Positions 16,982 through 25,675 of a stretch of DNA of 64,000 nt are shown one piece after another. The position numbers and the translations under genes are program-made. The stretch lies in contig OZ242374.1 of NCBI GenBank assembly GCA_965209055.1, forward strand, positions 928,001-992,000, in the 5' to 3' direction. Under the pieces are notes generated by a model. The model searched no databases. It was not told the DNA's origin and worked only from the letters and a program-made list of their open reading frames with translations. The stretch comes from Acidobacteriota bacterium (GTDB taxonomy: Bacteria; Acidobacteriota; UBA6911; RPQK01; JAJDTT01). The number at the start of each line of letters is the position of its first letter. Position 1 is the stretch's first letter.

Positions 16982-19783
16982 CTATTGGCGTCCGACGTCG
17001 ATGGCGACCTCCTGAAGCACCGGCGTGCTGCCGCCGTCCGGAGTCGTCAGAATCGCGCGATACTGGAGCCAGCCCTCTCCCGGGGGCAGCCGCAACGCCG
17101 TTCCCGATTGCCGGAAGGTGCTGGCAGGTCCCTCCGGCCCTCTCCATGGACTCGATGCCAGCGCCGCCTGGGACGAAGCGCTCCGGACCTGGAATCGGAC
17201 ACCGGTCCCATGGGGGGTCAGGGCCTTCCACCGGAGCCGCCCGGGGCTCTTTCCGGCGGGCGCCTCCAGGGCTGCGGAGACGTACTCCTCCCGCAGTCTG
17301 CGGTCGTAGATGTTCCCCACGTCCCGGAGCCGTCCGAAGTGGGGTCCGAAGGTCTGGAACCAATGCCGGCGATCGTAGGAGTAGCCGTCCGCGCCTCCCC
17401 AATAGATGTTGCTGCCCACCGAATGGTCCCCCCGCTCCAAGTGGTTGAAGACCACCAGATCCAGCCACGAGTCCTGATTCATGTCGGCGACGGTCAAGGC
17501 GCTGGAGGATTCCGCCGGCAGGCTCGTGCGGCGCGATTCGCTGTAGGAGCCCCCGTCCGCACCCCAGTAGATGAAGGCGGGCAGGGTCCGCGTGTGGTAG
17601 GCGTGGTAGTTGGTCATGACGATGTCCAGATGCCCGTCCCGATTCAAATCCGCCACCGCCTGCTCCAGGGAGTCGAAGGCCTCGAGCTCGGTGATCCGGT
17701 CCGAATGGAAACCGTCCCTTCCTCCCCAGACCAGAATCGCCTGGCGTGTGGGGCGTCCGAACCGCTCGGGGTCCCAACCCCCTCCGAAGATCAGATCCAG
17801 CCAGCCGTCGCCGTTCAGGTCGGCGATCTCGGGACTCGACGTGGGTTGGATCTTCAGGACCGTATGGTTGTCCTGGCTGTACCCTGACACGAGGTTCCCC
17901 CAAAAGAGATCCACGTGTCCCGAATCCACGTCGGTGAAGATGAGATCCAGGGCCCCATCCTTGTTGAAATCGGCGACGCGGCCCGCCTGTCCGATGCGGA
18001 TTCCCAGCTTCAGGTCGGTTCGGCGCGACGGATCGTAGCCGTTCTCGCCGCCCCAGAGGATTCGAGCCGTCGGAGCCAGGTCCCGATAGACGCCTCCGAC
18101 GATGTAGATCAGGTCCAGGTAGCCGTCCCGGTTCAGATCGCCGACGATGACGCCGTTGGACGGCTCCATCTCCAGTTTCGTCTGCAACCGGAAGCCGTTG
18201 GCGCCGCCGCCGAAGATGGAGCCGTCGGGAAAGACGAGATCCACCCAGCCATCCTGGTCCAGGTCGGCCGTGGTCGCCAACCCCCCCTTGGAGGGAATGA
18301 TGCTGGCCGCGGCGGGAGAGTAATGGTGCCTGGGGTTGCCCCAGTAGACCACCGAGTCGATGGGGCCTTGGGACCCGCTGTTCTGGTTGATGAGGGCCAG
18401 ATCCTGGTGCCCGTCCAGGTCCATGTCCGCGGCGGCCAGGCTCACGGCGCCGAAGCCCTGGAGCTCACGGCGATAGGCGGCGTGGAATCCATCGGGACCG
18501 TTCCAGTAGAGATAGGAGGCCACGTCGCGGGTCGCGTCGTCGTGATTGTTGGAAAAAGCCAGGTCGACCCAACCGTCTTCGTTGTAGTCGGCCAGCACGG
18601 CGTCGGTGGCAGCCAGTGTGGGAAGTTCCTGGCGTCTGTCCGGAGAGTATCCATCCTGTCCTCCCCAGTAGATGTAGGACGCTTCTCCACTCTCGTTGGG
18701 CAGGATCAGGTCGGGGCGTCCGTCCCGGTTCAGGTCCCCGACTCGACTGTCTTTCGCGCCCAGCGACGGGACCTCGACCCAGGTCTCGCGGGAGATTCCC
18801 TGGCCGGTACCCTTGTGAATCGTCACCCGGTCGTCCTTGTGGGCCAGGATCAGGTCCGGATTCCGGTCGCCGGAAACCTCTGCCAAGGTCGCTCCGACGG
18901 CGTCTCCTCCCTGCCATTGTTCCCCGGGCGCCTGGAACCCTTCGGGCCCGCCCCGGTACAGGACAAGGCTCTGGTGCTTCGAATTGTTGTTGGCGAAGAG
19001 GAGATCGGAGTAGCCGTCCCGGTTCACGTCCGCCGCCGCCACGTCGGCCGCGCTGGTGGTGGCCAGCACGGCGCGGTCCTCTTTCCGAAAACCCCGGGGC
19101 CCGTTCCAGTAGACGTAGGACTCCAGGTGGAGGTCGAACCCGAAACGTTCGCCCCCCTCGATGCCCCGGTTGGAGAAGGCCAGGTCGATCCAGCCGTCTC
19201 CGTTGAAGTCGCCCGCCGCCAATCCCCCGGCCAGAAGCGTGGGAAGCTCGGTGCGACGGCCCCGCTGGTAGCCGTCCGGGCTGCCCCAATAGATGAGGGC
19301 CATCATGTGAACCGAGTAGTTGTGAATGAAGTTGCAGAAGACCAGCTCCGGATAGCCGTCGTGATTCAGGTCCACCACCAGGGAACGGCCGCCTCCGTCA
19401 CTGGGCAAACGGGTGACTCCCCGGTCGCGAATCCGGATCTGCCTCAACAGCCGGGCCAGCGGCTGATGGCCGGGCAACGGAGGCAATATCGATTCCGGCC
19501 CCCCCTTCCTGCCCCAATAGACCAGGGCGTCGGTGTTCTCCAAGGGGTTGTGGTCCTGGATCACCAGGAGGTCCAGGTAGCCGTCGTTGTTCAGGTCCCA
19601 ACGGTAGGTCATCTCCAGTTGTCCCGAACGGGCGATGTAGAGGTTGGTCCCGCCGTCGGCGATCCGCCCGGAGGCGAAGTCCTCGAAGCTGGAATGAGTG
19701 ATCCAACTCTCGTAGTCGTCCCGGCCCAGAGCCGGTGCGGCCAGCGCCGTCAGAAACACCAATACCGTCAGCGATTTGCACAT
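16982..19783 (-). CDS. FG-GAP/VCBS repeat secreted protein
   Basis: 14 DxNxDGxxDL-type repeats separated by YWG/YWN motifs; signal peptide. Confidence 0.9.
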   Translation of the reverse strand: MCKSLTVLVFLTALAAPALGRDDYESWITHSSFEDFASGRIADGGTNLYIARSGQLEMTYRWDLNNDGYLDLLVIQDHNPLENTDALVYWGRKGGPESILPPLPGHQPLARLLRQIRIRDRGVTRLPSDGGGRSLVVDLNHDGYPELVFCNFIHNYSVHMMALIYWGSPDGYQRGRRTELPTLLAGGLAAGDFNGDGWIDLAFSNRGIEGGERFGFDLHLESYVYWNGPRGFRKEDRAVLATTSAADVAAADVNRDGYSDLLFANNNSKHQSLVLYRGGPEGFQAPGEQWQGGDAVGATLAEVSGDRNPDLILAHKDDRVTIHKGTGQGISRETWVEVPSLGAKDSRVGDLNRDGRPDLILPNESGEASYIYWGGQDGYSPDRRQELPTLAATDAVLADYNEDGWVDLAFSNNHDDATRDVASYLYWNGPDGFHAAYRRELQGFGAVSLAAADMDLDGHQDLALINQNSGSQGPIDSVVYWGNPRHHYSPAAASIIPSKGGLATTADLDQDGWVDLVFPDGSIFGGGANGFRLQTKLEMEPSNGVIVGDLNRDGYLDLIYIVGGVYRDLAPTARILWGGENGYDPSRRTDLKLGIRIGQAGRVADFNKDGALDLIFTDVDSGHVDLFWGNLVSGYSQDNHTVLKIQPTSSPEIADLNGDGWLDLIFGGGWDPERFGRPTRQAILVWGGRDGFHSDRITELEAFDSLEQAVADLNRDGHLDIVMTNYHAYHTRTLPAFIYWGADGGSYSESRRTSLPAESSSALTVADMNQDSWLDLVVFNHLERGDHSVGSNIYWGGADGYSYDRRHWFQTFGPHFGRLRDVGNIYDRRLREEYVSAALEAPAGKSPGRLRWKALTPHGTGVRFQVRSASSQAALASSPWRGPEGPASTFRQSGTALRLPPGEGWLQYRAILTTPDGGSTPVLQEVAIDVGRQ

Positions 19784-19944
19784 GTCATCACTCCATCGAT
19801 GTTGCGGTCAGGACAGCGGAGTCTATCAGCCTCAATCAGGAGTCGCCACGGGAGTTCGGCGGGCCTTCATTTCAATTCCGGAGGCAGCTCTCGGAAGTCA
19901 GTTGATGCTCATCGAACGTCGCGAGTATAATTTGTAAGAGTTTC

Positions 19945-20247
19945 ATGAAGATCGAGGTTCAGGGGCGCCGTCTGCGGCTGGACCCCAAGTTACAGAGCCT
20001 GATCGGCCGGCAGAGCGCCAAGGTCCGCAAGCTTCTGCCCAGCTTCAAGCCTCACGATCTGGATCTACGAGTCGTGGTCGAGATGCTGCCTCGGGGACGG
20101 CAGTGTGAAACGGTGCTGGTTCTGATGGTTCCCCAGACGGCCATCCGGGTCCGGGAAACCGCCACCAGCCCTTCCACCAGCATCACCCATGCGTTTCACG
20201 AGTTGGTGCGGCGGGTCCAGAAATTCAAGAGCCGGCTGGCGCGTTAA
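19945..20247 (+). CDS. Divergent HPF/RaiA (S30AE)-like protein
   Basis: MKIEVQGRRL N-terminus, 100 aa, basic C-terminal helix AFHELVRRVQKFK; TATAAT upstream. Confidence 0.6.
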   Translation: MKIEVQGRRLRLDPKLQSLIGRQSAKVRKLLPSFKPHDLDLRVVVEMLPRGRQCETVLVLMVPQTAIRVRETATSPSTSITHAFHELVRRVQKFKSRLAR

Positions 20248-20291
20248 CTCACCACCGTCCCGGATTGGTCCCCGTCTCCCGTCACGGTCCG

Positions 20292-21053
20292 TCACGGTTT
20301 GCGCACCTGATCGGGTGGAAGCCGGTTTCCCTGCCGCTCGTACCATTCCACTTGGCTGAAGATGCCTCTCAGGATCCGGACGTCCCGTTCGGACAGGTCC
20401 GCTCGCCCCAGGAACCGGCGAATGGCCTTCATGACGTGGTCCGGATTCGACGAGCTCAGGAAGCCGATACGGATCAGAACCCGCTCCATGTGACGGAACA
20501 TCCGCTCCCGTTGGCCGTGGGTGACGAGGTCGGGTTGGACGTCGCGATCCGCTTCCCCGCAAGCGATGATCTCGTACGCAAGAACCATGACGGCCTGAGC
20601 CAGGTTCAACACCGGGAAAGCGTCGTTCGAAGGCACCGTCACCAAGTACCGGCAGCGGGAGAGCTGAAGGTCGGTGAGTCCCCGGTTCTCGGGACCGAAG
20701 AGAAGCGCCACCTCCTGGGTTCGGGCGTGCCGCCTCAGCAGCGGGGCGATCCGGCGCGGCGTGTAAACCGGCTGATGGGTTCTTCTCTCCCGGCCGGAGG
20801 TGGTGCCCACCAGAACCTGAACTCCCGCCACCGATTCATCGAATGAGGTGTGCACCTGGATCGGGTCCATCCGATCCAGGGCTCCCGAGGCCATCATCCT
20901 GGCCTCCTCCCCCCACTCCGCCACCGGGCGGACCAGCTTGAGGCGGCAAAGCCCCATGTTGACCATGGCGCGGGCCGCCGAACCGATGTTGCCGGGGTTT
21001 CGGGTCCCGACCAGGACGACGGAGAGGCGCCGGGCCAACTCGGTTTCGATCAT
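20292..21053 (-). CDS. trmJ: TrmJ/LasT-family SPOUT tRNA methyltransferase
   Basis: VVLVGTRNPGNIGSAARAM, LLFGPENRGL, LNLAQAV; start set to MIETEL. Confidence 0.85.
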   Translation of the reverse strand: MIETELARRLSVVLVGTRNPGNIGSAARAMVNMGLCRLKLVRPVAEWGEEARMMASGALDRMDPIQVHTSFDESVAGVQVLVGTTSGRERRTHQPVYTPRRIAPLLRRHARTQEVALLFGPENRGLTDLQLSRCRYLVTVPSNDAFPVLNLAQAVMVLAYEIIACGEADRDVQPDLVTHGQRERMFRHMERVLIRIGFLSSSNPDHVMKAIRRFLGRADLSERDVRILRGIFSQVEWYERQGNRLPPDQVRKP

Positions 21054-21129
21054 GGCGTCTCCGGCGGGAAATGCGGGCAGGCTCCTTGCCGGAACGAGCA
21101 TCCGGCCCATCGGCGAAAACCGGAGCGAG

Positions 21130-22416
21130 CTACTCCGGCCCCTTCGCCATCTCCATCTTCATCAGGGCCAGTCCGGTCAACAGCTTGGGATAGAAGTCGG
21201 TGGATTTCTGAGGCATTTTCTGGCCCAGATCGGAGATTTCCCTGACCTGTCCCAAGCGAGTCGCGTTCAACAGGAATCCGGCCTGAAGCTCGCCCTTTCG
21301 GACCTTTGCCGTCAGCTCCCCGGGATCCCGGAAATATTCGACGTAGTTCTGGCTGGAGAGTTCCTCGGCGCCGATCCCCAGAAGGGGGTCGAGAATGCCC
21401 TCGTGAAGAATGTTCACGTCCAATGAACGAGCCGGTCCCTGGATGCCCGGCATGAAGGACGGGTCGGAAGCGGAACGCTCCCGGAGCCGCAGCAGAAAGG
21501 CCTGGTCGGAACCGCTGACGACAAGACCCGCCCGGTGGCCCTGTCCCTCCAGGAGCGAGGCCGGATCTTCCGCGGAGGAAACGCTGTCCACCTGGAAGAA
21601 CGGCTCCAGACCGGCCCGGAGGCGGCCGATCCGGGATTCGTCCACGTTCTTGATTCCACGATGCGTCGCCAGGACCTTGAGTCCGGGACTCTCCATGTTG
21701 AAGAGCCCGATCATCCGTTTGTCGAAGCTCTCCGGACCCGAGGTTCGCCAGCCTTGGGCGAGACACTCGTTGCGGTATTCGACCGAGGTCTGGAAACGGT
21801 GATGACCGTCGGCGATGTAGAGGCGGTGCCTCATGAGCGCGGCGGCCATGTCCGCCTGGAGGTCCGACTGGGTGAGCTGCCACAACTCGTGCCGCACCCC
21901 GTACTCGTCCCGGACCTGGATCACGGGTTCCGTGGACTCGGTGAATCGGGCGAGCAACCGGTCCACGGACAGTTCAGGGTCCGAATAGAGCATGAAGATG
22001 AGCCCCTCGTTGGCCTCGGTGTGGCGAATCAGGTTGAGACGGTCCTCAAGTGGCCCGCGAAGCACCCTTTCGTGTCCGCGGACGGCCAGGTCCGCCTCGT
22101 CCAGAGAGATCAAGCCGATGAAACCCAACCGGGCGTGGGATTGCCCCTGGATCTCGAAGACCTGCCGATAGGGGTAGAACGACGGGGCCCCGTCGCGCCG
22201 CATGACCCCCGACTCGATCCAATCGGCGAGATTGCGCGCCGCGTCGGCGTAGTCCCGATTCTTGATGACCCGGGCGATGTTCCGGGGGTCCTTCCGGAGG
22301 TAGCGCCGGAGCATGCCAGGAGTGATCTTGTCGTAGGGCTGGGTGACGACATCGTCCAATCGCGGGACCAGACGGGAGTCGTAGCGGTATCCTCGAAAGG
22401 GAAATAGTCTTGCCAT
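21130..22416 (-). CDS. DUF1015 family protein
   Basis: PFRG, PYDKI, HERVL, YIADGHHR, MPQKSTDFYPKLLTGL. Confidence 0.9.
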   Translation of the reverse strand: MARLFPFRGYRYDSRLVPRLDDVVTQPYDKITPGMLRRYLRKDPRNIARVIKNRDYADAARNLADWIESGVMRRDGAPSFYPYRQVFEIQGQSHARLGFIGLISLDEADLAVRGHERVLRGPLEDRLNLIRHTEANEGLIFMLYSDPELSVDRLLARFTESTEPVIQVRDEYGVRHELWQLTQSDLQADMAAALMRHRLYIADGHHRFQTSVEYRNECLAQGWRTSGPESFDKRMIGLFNMESPGLKVLATHRGIKNVDESRIGRLRAGLEPFFQVDSVSSAEDPASLLEGQGHRAGLVVSGSDQAFLLRLRERSASDPSFMPGIQGPARSLDVNILHEGILDPLLGIGAEELSSQNYVEYFRDPGELTAKVRKGELQAGFLLNATRLGQVREISDLGQKMPQKSTDFYPKLLTGLALMKMEMAKGPE

Positions 22417-22422
22417 GGCGCA

Positions 22423-22436
22423 ATTCTATCAGTCCG
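22423..22436 (-). promoter_or_regulatory. CGGACTGnTAnnnT promoter, leaderless geometry
   Basis: CGGACTGATAGAAT, 6 nt, then the ATG of DUF1015. Confidence 0.6.
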
Positions 22437-22505
22437 GCGTGAATCTGAGGTGGATTGGGCTGCAGTCTTGGATCGGGACTCGGGTGGAAACTCGCTTCTG
22501 GCCTG

Positions 22506-23282
22506 CTACACCTTCTGAGCGTCCAGACTTGCCTTGTAGAGCCCCGTCCGGGCGTCGTGTCCGCGCACATCGACGACTTCGCACATCTCCATGATTCGGG
22601 AGTAGAGCGGAGCGCCGATCCGTTCGGCCAGGTTCTGCTCCCTTGCCAGGTTTTCGGGGTAGCCCCCGCCGGTCGACTTCAAGGGCAGGTTGGTGGTGAG
22701 CACGATTTGCTTCCGGCGAGTGTACCGGTAGTTCAGAATCGTCCGGATGGTCTCCGCGACCCACTCCGTCGGCCGGCCCGCACCCAGATCATCCCAGACC
22801 AGAAGGTCCGCGGAATAGAGAGGACGCAGCACTTCCCGCTCGGTTTCGGGGGAGTCCGGCCCGTACGAATACTGGAGCCTGCGGAGAAGTTCGGTTTCGT
22901 CCACGAACCGGGCGCTGACATGCTTTTCCAGGACCAGGTGCTTGAGGACGGCGACGGCCAAGTGCGTCTTGCCGACGCCGCAAGGCCCGCTGAAGAGGAG
23001 TCCGCGGTGAACCTGCGGGTAGTTTTCCGCGAATCGGATGGAACTCCTGAGCGCCTCCAGTTGGGTGGGAAATTTCGGATCCGGATGGTAGGCGCGAAAA
23101 TCCTTGGAAATATAGCGGTCGGGGATGCTCGCCCGCCGAAGCAATTGAGCCCGGCGATCCTCAGATCCGCAGCTGGGGCAGGAAACCACGGTCTCGGTCC
23201 CGCCTCTTTCCACCAGGGACCAGCCCGAGCCCCGGCAATCGGGACATTCCGAGTCCCATGTCCTCAATTCTTCGGTCTCCAA
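22506..23282 (-). CDS. DnaC/IstB-like AAA+ ATPase (helicase-loader-like) with N-terminal Zn finger
   Basis: CPDC...CPSC, IPDRY, Walker A GPCGVGKTHLA, Walker B LLVWDDLG, TTNL, SRIMEM. Confidence 0.85.
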   Translation of the reverse strand: METEELRTWDSECPDCRGSGWSLVERGGTETVVSCPSCGSEDRRAQLLRRASIPDRYISKDFRAYHPDPKFPTQLEALRSSIRFAENYPQVHRGLLFSGPCGVGKTHLAVAVLKHLVLEKHVSARFVDETELLRRLQYSYGPDSPETEREVLRPLYSADLLVWDDLGAGRPTEWVAETIRTILNYRYTRRKQIVLTTNLPLKSTGGGYPENLAREQNLAERIGAPLYSRIMEMCEVVDVRGHDARTGLYKASLDAQKV

Positions 23283-23809
23283 GGAGTCTCTTCCGCCCCG
23301 GTCCGGAAATTCTCGTAGCGCGCCAGCACGAAGAGCAGATCCGACAACCGGTTCAGGTATACCAGAAGGTGTTCGTTGACGTCCGGTTCAGTCCGCATCA
23401 GGCGAACCAGCAGGCGTTCTCCCCTCCGGCAGACCGATCGGGCCAGATGGATGACGGAGGCTGCGGTGGAACCGCCGGGGAGCACGAAATTCCTCAAGGG
23501 CGGCAGCTTCCCGTCCAGTTCATCGATCAGCGACTCCAGCCGCCTCCAGTCATCCTCGTCCAGGCGGCGAACCCGGCGGCGGCGGCCCACCGTGGCGAGG
23601 TCCGCGCCGGCCTCGAAGAGTTCAGACTGCAAGGCGGTCAGAATCTCGGAGACTTCGGGGCAGCGAGTCTGTGTCCCACCCCAACCCAACAGGGAGTTGA
23701 GTTCATCCAGAGTGCCGTAGGCTTCCACCCGCCGCGCGTCCTTGCCGACCCTTTCGCCACTGAACAGGGACGTTTGTCCGCCATCCCCTCTGCCCGTATA
23801 GATCTTCAT
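23264..23809 (-). CDS. ATP:cob(I)alamin adenosyltransferase (PduO type)
   Basis: MKIYTGRGDGGQT, EAYGTLDELNS, FVLPGG, YLNRLSDLLF. Confidence 0.95.
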   Translation of the reverse strand: MKIYTGRGDGGQTSLFSGERVGKDARRVEAYGTLDELNSLLGWGGTQTRCPEVSEILTALQSELFEAGADLATVGRRRRVRRLDEDDWRRLESLIDELDGKLPPLRNFVLPGGSTAASVIHLARSVCRRGERLLVRLMRTEPDVNEHLLVYLNRLSDLLFVLARYENFRTGAEETPWRPKN

Positions 23810-23843
23810 GACGTTGGGGCGTCCGGCTCCATTGCGCCGGTCT

Positions 23844-24098
23844 TCATTTCCTGAGCCTCCCGCGAAGGATTTCCCGCATGGCGTGCTTGTCGACCCGGTG
23901 CCTGAAGATTTCCCGTCCCTCCATTTCACCGACCGGAACGTCTTGTCCGTACACGCCGCGGAGATGCGGTGAACCGTCGATGTCGACGAGGCGCACGCGG
24001 AACTTGAACTCCTTCTGAAGTTCCTGCAATACTGTCAGAGCCTTCTTGCAGAGGTGACAACCCCGACGCGTGTAGAATCTGATTTGCACAGGGTCCAT
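23844..24098 (-). CDS. Glutaredoxin-like protein (DUF836)
   Basis: YTRRGCHLC, VDID, VPV. Confidence 0.85.
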   Translation of the reverse strand: MDPVQIRFYTRRGCHLCKKALTVLQELQKEFKFRVRLVDIDGSPHLRGVYGQDVPVGEMEGREIFRHRVDKHAMREILRGRLRK

Positions 24099-24332
24099 GT
24101 CGAGGGCGGACGCCCTTTTTCCAAGGTGTTTCAAAGGTTCACTGACATCGTTCCCGTCGGCTTCCGGGCTCCCGGCCCGATTTCGTTTCTCGGCGGGTCG
24201 ACGAGCTGAACCGAATCAGGAGGCTCCGGACGGGGCCAATGTAACCGCCGGCTGCTTCCAACTCAACCGGATTGATCTCACGGACCGCTTGAGTCGCCGA
24301 TACCGGCCCGAATTTTCGGCAGGAGTGCAACG

Positions 24333-24770
24333 ATGAGGAAATACCGCCAGCACGGCTATGACGACAACCGGGGACGGCGCGAAAGACCGCGAAGGTCGTC
24401 CGGTCGGCGCCCGTTCGGTCCACGCTCATCCCGCGGGGGACCCCGATCTCCCCGCATGACCAAGTTTCACCAGGTGATTCGGTGTTCCATCTGTGGAGGG
24501 ACCCTCCCCCCCTCGTTCTCCGAGGTGGGCGCCACCAGCCAGTGCCCCAAGTGCGCCACCGACCTGCACACCTGCAAGAACTGCGTGTTTTTCGATCCTG
24601 GCGCCCGTTTCGAATGCTCGGAACCGATCCCGGAGAGAGTATTCAATAAGAACGACCGCAACGACTGCCGGTTCTTCGAAATTCAAACGGCAGTGGAGAA
24701 GGCCACGACTTCGGTCCGGGAGCGGCCGTTGGAGCCTCGGGAGATGTTCGAGAGACTGTTCCGGAAATGA
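24333..24770 (+). CDS. Cys-rich hypothetical protein, putative Zn-binding, coupled to etfB
   Basis: AGGAG SD; CSIC, CPKC, CKNC plus two further Cys; ATGA overlap with etfB. Confidence 0.75.
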   Translation: MRKYRQHGYDDNRGRRERPRRSSGRRPFGPRSSRGGPRSPRMTKFHQVIRCSICGGTLPPSFSEVGATSQCPKCATDLHTCKNCVFFDPGARFECSEPIPERVFNKNDRNDCRFFEIQTAVEKATTSVRERPLEPREMFERLFRK

Positions 24771-25549
24771 AGGTCTTTGCCTGCCTCAAGGAAACTCCGA
24801 GCCGGGATACCCGATACGAGCTGTCGTCCGATTCCTCCTGGATCGGGAACGCGGAAGTCACCCACGAGATCAGCGAGTGCGACGAGTACGCGCTCGAAGA
24901 AGCTCTGAAGCTCAAGGAGCGGCACCGGGGAGAGGTGGTCCTGCTGACGGCCGGACGGGCCGAAGCGGAGAAATCGATGCGCAAGGGTCTGGCCATGGGG
25001 GCCGATCGAGGCATCCTGATACTGGACCGGGAACGCGAGCTGTCGAGTCCCCACCGGGTCGCCGCGGCTCTGGAGAAGGTTCTGCGGGACCAGGACTACG
25101 ACCTGATCCTCGCCGGGACCCAATCGGACGACTACGGCTACGCCCAGACCGGGCCCATTCTGGCCCACCTCCTGGGCCTTCCCCACGCCACCATCGTCAT
25201 GCAGATCCAGGTCCAGGAGGGCCAGCGCAGCGTCAGGGCCCTCCGGGAGATGGAAAGCGGATGGTTCGAGTGGGTCGAGATTCCCCTCCCTGCCGTCTTG
25301 ACCATCCAGGCCGGAATCTCTCAGATCCGCTATGCGACCTTGCGGGGCATCATGCAGGCCAGGCGCAAGGGAATCCGGAAGATCGAGTTGGACGGGCTGG
25401 GGTTGGACCTTTCTTCCCTGCCTCACTTGGAGATCGAACGCCTCTATTTCCCGGAACAGACCAGCAAGGCGGAGATGATCGAGGGCACGCCGGATGAAAT
25501 CGCCTCGACGCTGGTGGACAGGCTCAGGCGAGAGGCGAAGGTCCTGTAG
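24767..25549 (+). CDS. etfB: Electron transfer flavoprotein beta subunit
   Basis: DEYALEEAL, LAMGAD, GTQSDD, RYATLRGIM. Confidence 0.95.
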   Translation: MKVFACLKETPSRDTRYELSSDSSWIGNAEVTHEISECDEYALEEALKLKERHRGEVVLLTAGRAEAEKSMRKGLAMGADRGILILDRERELSSPHRVAAALEKVLRDQDYDLILAGTQSDDYGYAQTGPILAHLLGLPHATIVMQIQVQEGQRSVRALREMESGWFEWVEIPLPAVLTIQAGISQIRYATLRGIMQARRKGIRKIELDGLGLDLSSLPHLEIERLYFPEQTSKAEMIEGTPDEIASTLVDRLRREAKVL

Positions 25550-25633
25550 GAGGGGGGACAGTCTTGTCCCCCTTCCCCGGCGCATACGAGAGGAGGGGGG
25601 ACAGTCTTGTCCCCCCTCCCCGGCGCATACGAG
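25549..25633 (+). repeat. Tandem duplication (period 43 bp) of a GGAG-led REP-like hairpin
   Basis: GGAGGGGGGACAGTCTTGTCCCCC(T/C)TCCCCGGCGCATACGAG at 25549-25590 and 25592-25633 (41/42 identical); stem GGGGGACA/TGTCCCCC. Confidence 0.85.
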
Positions 25634-25675
25634 CGTCAGAGGTTCTGCAACGCCCAGACGATCAGAGGAGAAACC

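Noticed and set aside
22506-23282. IS21 element or prophage replication module
   Set aside because: No IstA, terminal repeats, integrase or phage genes nearby
25549-25633. Possible mini-CRISPR
   Set aside because: Two adjacent near-identical units with no unique spacer and no cas genes; it is a tandem duplication
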